This document shows positions 61,249 to 64,000 of a stretch of DNA of 64,000 nt, piece by piece. The stretch's first letter is position 1. Each line of letters opens with the position of its first letter. This DNA comes from Vulcanimicrobiota bacterium (lineage in GTDB: Bacteria > Vulcanimicrobiota > Vulcanimicrobiia > Eremiobacterales > Eremiobacteraceae). Below the pieces are notes generated by a model. It was not told where the DNA came from. It worked only from the letters and a program-made list of their open reading frames with translations, and did not search any database. The DNA is taken from positions 361,131-425,130 of the forward strand of contig CAVYXC010000004.1 of NCBI GenBank assembly GCA_963772515.1, written 5' to 3'. Made by a program: the position numbers and the translations under genes.

Positions 61249-63613
61249 TTGAGGATTAGTAAGCGTTTCGGACTTGTTCTTCTACAGCTCATGGGGGGGG
61301 TGGTTTCTTCCTTCCTTCTGTGTCACTCCGCCTTCGCGGATTCAGCGGGCGCGCTAGACGTTATTGTGACGTCGACAGAAAATCACTCGCCCATCGCGGA
61401 AGCACACGTGTTTCTCCTGGGTTGGAGCAGCTCCACGACCAAAGGGTTGGTGACCGACCGATATGGTCGCATCCAGATAGGCGATGTTGAACCTGGCACA
61501 TATCGACTAATTGTAAGATCTTCAGGATATGCCGACGCCCGACAAGACATATCTGTGCGTGACAGCGCAGTTACCTCAGTCAATGTTCAGCTCGCGCGAA
61601 TGCTAAAGACGCTCGCCGTGGTTCGAGCTAACAGCACCATGACCGAGGCCTCGACGGTCACCCTTACTGATCGCTCGGCCGAGCGAAAGCTATCGAGCAA
61701 CCTAATCAGTGCGATTAACCTTTTGGCCGGCGCAAATGTTAGCCTAAGCGCGGACGGACAGTTTAATGCAGTCTCGATTCGTGGCCACGATCCGACTGCC
61801 ACGGGATACAATGTCGGCGGCCTAAGAGTCGGCGGATCGGTCGCGCAATATGCCTTCGATCCGGATATGCTCAACAGTGCGCAAATCGACTTGCAACACG
61901 AGCAAGTAGCGTTGCTCTTGAAGGGGCCATCAAGTGACCCTACTTATAGTGTCGATCAACTAGCCGGTGGCTTCGAATCTTCTCGGCTCAGCATGATGGT
62001 TCAGGACACCAGCGGAGCAACCGGCTTTGTATTAGCCCACGTGAATCGAGATGGGGTGAGCGCACTTAACGGAGCGAGCTATCTAGACGAAAGCGGTTTG
62101 AGCTATGCGCATTTAGGTACATACCACGCGCAGAGCTCCATGGCCAGAGTGGTGGCGCCACTCTCGCCCGATTGGCGAGCTTCTTTTGAGTATTTAAGCT
62201 CTTACGGGACGACGGCCCAGCTTCCTGACATTTGGTCCGGGCCAGTTCCCGAAGGGTTTGGCCCTGGGAACTTTCTCTATCGCGACAACCACACATTTGG
62301 CTTTTCAATTAACGGTACGGTGGGCCCATGGCTAGTCAGCGCGGACCTGGGAACGATTCGATGGAAGAATACGACCGATGATCAATCGCGCATCGTCGCG
62401 CTTGCGCCGCTTCCAAGCGTCTCGGTGTTCTACGGTTACGCCAATCCATTCTCGATGGTCCTAACGCGCTCGATCACCGCGGATCATGGATATACTATCC
62501 TGCTCAACGACTACGTATACCATTCGCAAACGGCATCGAACTCTTCGCAAAGTTTCGGGGGCGACCTATTTGGGACAACGCAAAGAGATGCTTCGCTGGA
62601 GATGCGGGATGAGCGTCAATATCCTCCGCGCCGCCTATCTTTAACCTCGGATATCAGCCTTTTAACCACATGGACGACAACTTGGCGACCGCAGGTAGAC
62701 GAAACACTTCACGCGCGTCGGGGCGCCACGACCTGGACCGTCGAAGGGGCATACGGCGCAGTTCAATCTTATGGGATTGCTCAGCAGCCATTTGATGACC
62801 CCGCCTCGGCGACGTTTGACTGCAACCATGATTACATCATCGCCCACGCCCCGGGAGACACGAATTCAGATCTTAATGCGGCATCGCTTAGTCTGGGGTT
62901 CTCGCAGACCTTGCGGCACGCGTCGATTTCTGCTACGGCCTACAGCGAGGTCGATACAAACGCTCTTATCTCGACGGCGCTGGTTCCGGCAGGTTACCAA
63001 TGAGCCGACAGGATTCATCCCTCCGGGATACCTTCAGGCTCTGGCTGCCGGCTACGCGAGTTACGGGGGCTGCCAGGCGAGCGAGTCAGCGCCTTCCATC
63101 CTGTTACAGCAGTCGGTCGGTGGCCTAGAAATAGGCTATCAGGGTATTGATATGAGGTCGCGTTGGGACGTCGCTCCGGGGATTGTATTAACCGGCTCGC
63201 TGGCACTGACGCGTGCCGTGCTCCAGGCGTATGACCAAAGACTCAAATCTTCGGTCTCGCCGTACATTGGCGGTCAACAACTACCAAATGTTCCTGCGCA
63301 AGAACTGTCTCTTACCGAGGACTGGGGATGGAGAGACGGCAGAACTGAGCTCCTCGCGAATCAGCTAGCCTTATCTGGGAATAACGAACAGAATCTCCCA
63401 CCCTACATTCTGCTCACTGCCGGCGTAGAGCGCCGATTGTCCGATGCGGCCATGATCACGATCGTCGCGACAAATGTCACGCACGAGTACACGGGCCTCT
63501 TTATTTCCTCTGCCAATGCGATACCATTGGCGACTCGGGGAGGCAATCTTCCGACCCTTGCAGTTCCTTTGCCTCAGGCCCGCTTAACGGCCGACCTTAG
63601 ATTTCACTGGTGA
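61249..63613 (+). pseudogene. TonB-dependent receptor-like gene (third paralog) with apparent frameshift near 63000; G8 homopolymer at 61294-61303
   Basis: ORF 61249..63003 (CarbopepD_reg-like plus plug-like N-part) continues in +1 frame as ORF 62771..63613 ending in receptor-typical C-terminal aromatic (RFHW). Confidence 0.45.
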
Positions 63614-64000
63614 GCCGAGACGGAGGGAGGCGCCAAGGGATGCGTTGCGTGGCTTACGCTGATAAAAACCAAGGCATCAAAGGCGTCCGTCAAGCGGATG
63701 CGAGCCTCGCTAGGATCGCCGACGTAATAGAGACCGCCGATCATCCGAATAGGCCGCGGCGAGTCGAGCCAGCGGCCAAGCGTTGAATCAGCGGCGATAT
63801 CACGGAGGGTCAACGCGAGCGCTGACGGACCAGCCAATCGCAGAACCGATTCGCTTGTGCCCGGACTAGCGGATTCAACGTTGAGGGCCTCGACCGACAA
63901 ACCAAGCCGATTATCCCGGACAGGGACAGCTAGAATCTGGCCGCGATCGAAGGTGGAGGCGATTACAAATAGCGATCTGCCGTACCACTGGCGAAGATAC

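Noticed and set aside
63604-63900. 98-aa ORF on minus strand at window end
   Set aside because: No recognisable domain, overlaps the 3' end of the receptor pseudogene, and the window ends before context can be judged.

Overview
This is a high-GC (about 65-70%), densely coded chromosomal window, mostly housekeeping, and no single gene cluster in it looks like a classic novel system. The best candidate for something undescribed is a 26-bp palindromic MITE/REP-like element; the clearest accessory region is a lower-GC islet at about 58.0-61.3 kb.

Gene content:
- Histidine utilisation is split in two: hutH-hutU plus a PH-like membrane protein on the minus strand, and hutI with a standalone glutamate formimidoyltransferase elsewhere.
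- A leucine/isovalerate (liu / methylcrotonyl-CoA carboxylase) cluster sits between them: carboxyltransferase, hydratase, biotin carboxylase-BCCP, HMG-CoA lyase.
- Also present: a phosphofructokinase with a GGDD motif, an RsbW-like anti-sigma kinase, a pirin, a 1016-aa BNR/Asp-box secreted protein, a GT2 Ppm-like synthase next to an 1117-aa tandem GT-C glycosyltransferase, and ispH plus a polyprenyl synthase.
- A long block has the same order as Bacillus/Firmicutes: cmk-plsC, yebC, PASTA protein, rpe-thiL, rpmB, yloV(DAK2)-plsX-degV, hemW, yacL-ispD-ispF-gltX-cysE-cysS-rlmB-sigH. The sigma factor is strikingly similar to Bacillus SigH. Downstream are an SPFH/flotillin protein, a secreted TPR protein and an AraC regulator.
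- Three very large proteins look like outer-membrane TonB-dependent receptors with carboxypeptidase-regulatory-like N-domains. Together with the Firmicutes-type order, this suggests a high-GC, diderm, Firmicutes-like (Terrabacteria) lineage.

Unannotated structure worth attention:
- A 26-bp palindromic element, ATGGAGCGGTCGAATTTATTCGACCG, occurs in 6 full and 2 half copies, all in the same orientation. Copies lie between genes, in-frame inside cysS and hutI, across the likely gltX start, and across the stop codon of the carboxyltransferase gene. It behaves like a MITE/REP-type mobile hairpin element.
- A family of three paralogous membrane-anchored proteins is each tightly coupled upstream of an unrelated partner gene (pfk, the anti-sigma kinase, the TPR protein).
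- A lower-GC islet at about 58.0-61.3 kb holds a tRNA-like 5' fragment, an intrinsic terminator, two pairs of direct repeats, small membrane and cysteine-rich secreted proteins, and a frameshifted receptor gene with a G8 tract.
- There are apparent frameshifts in cysS and in the third receptor gene, and a perfect sigma-A-type promoter for sigH.
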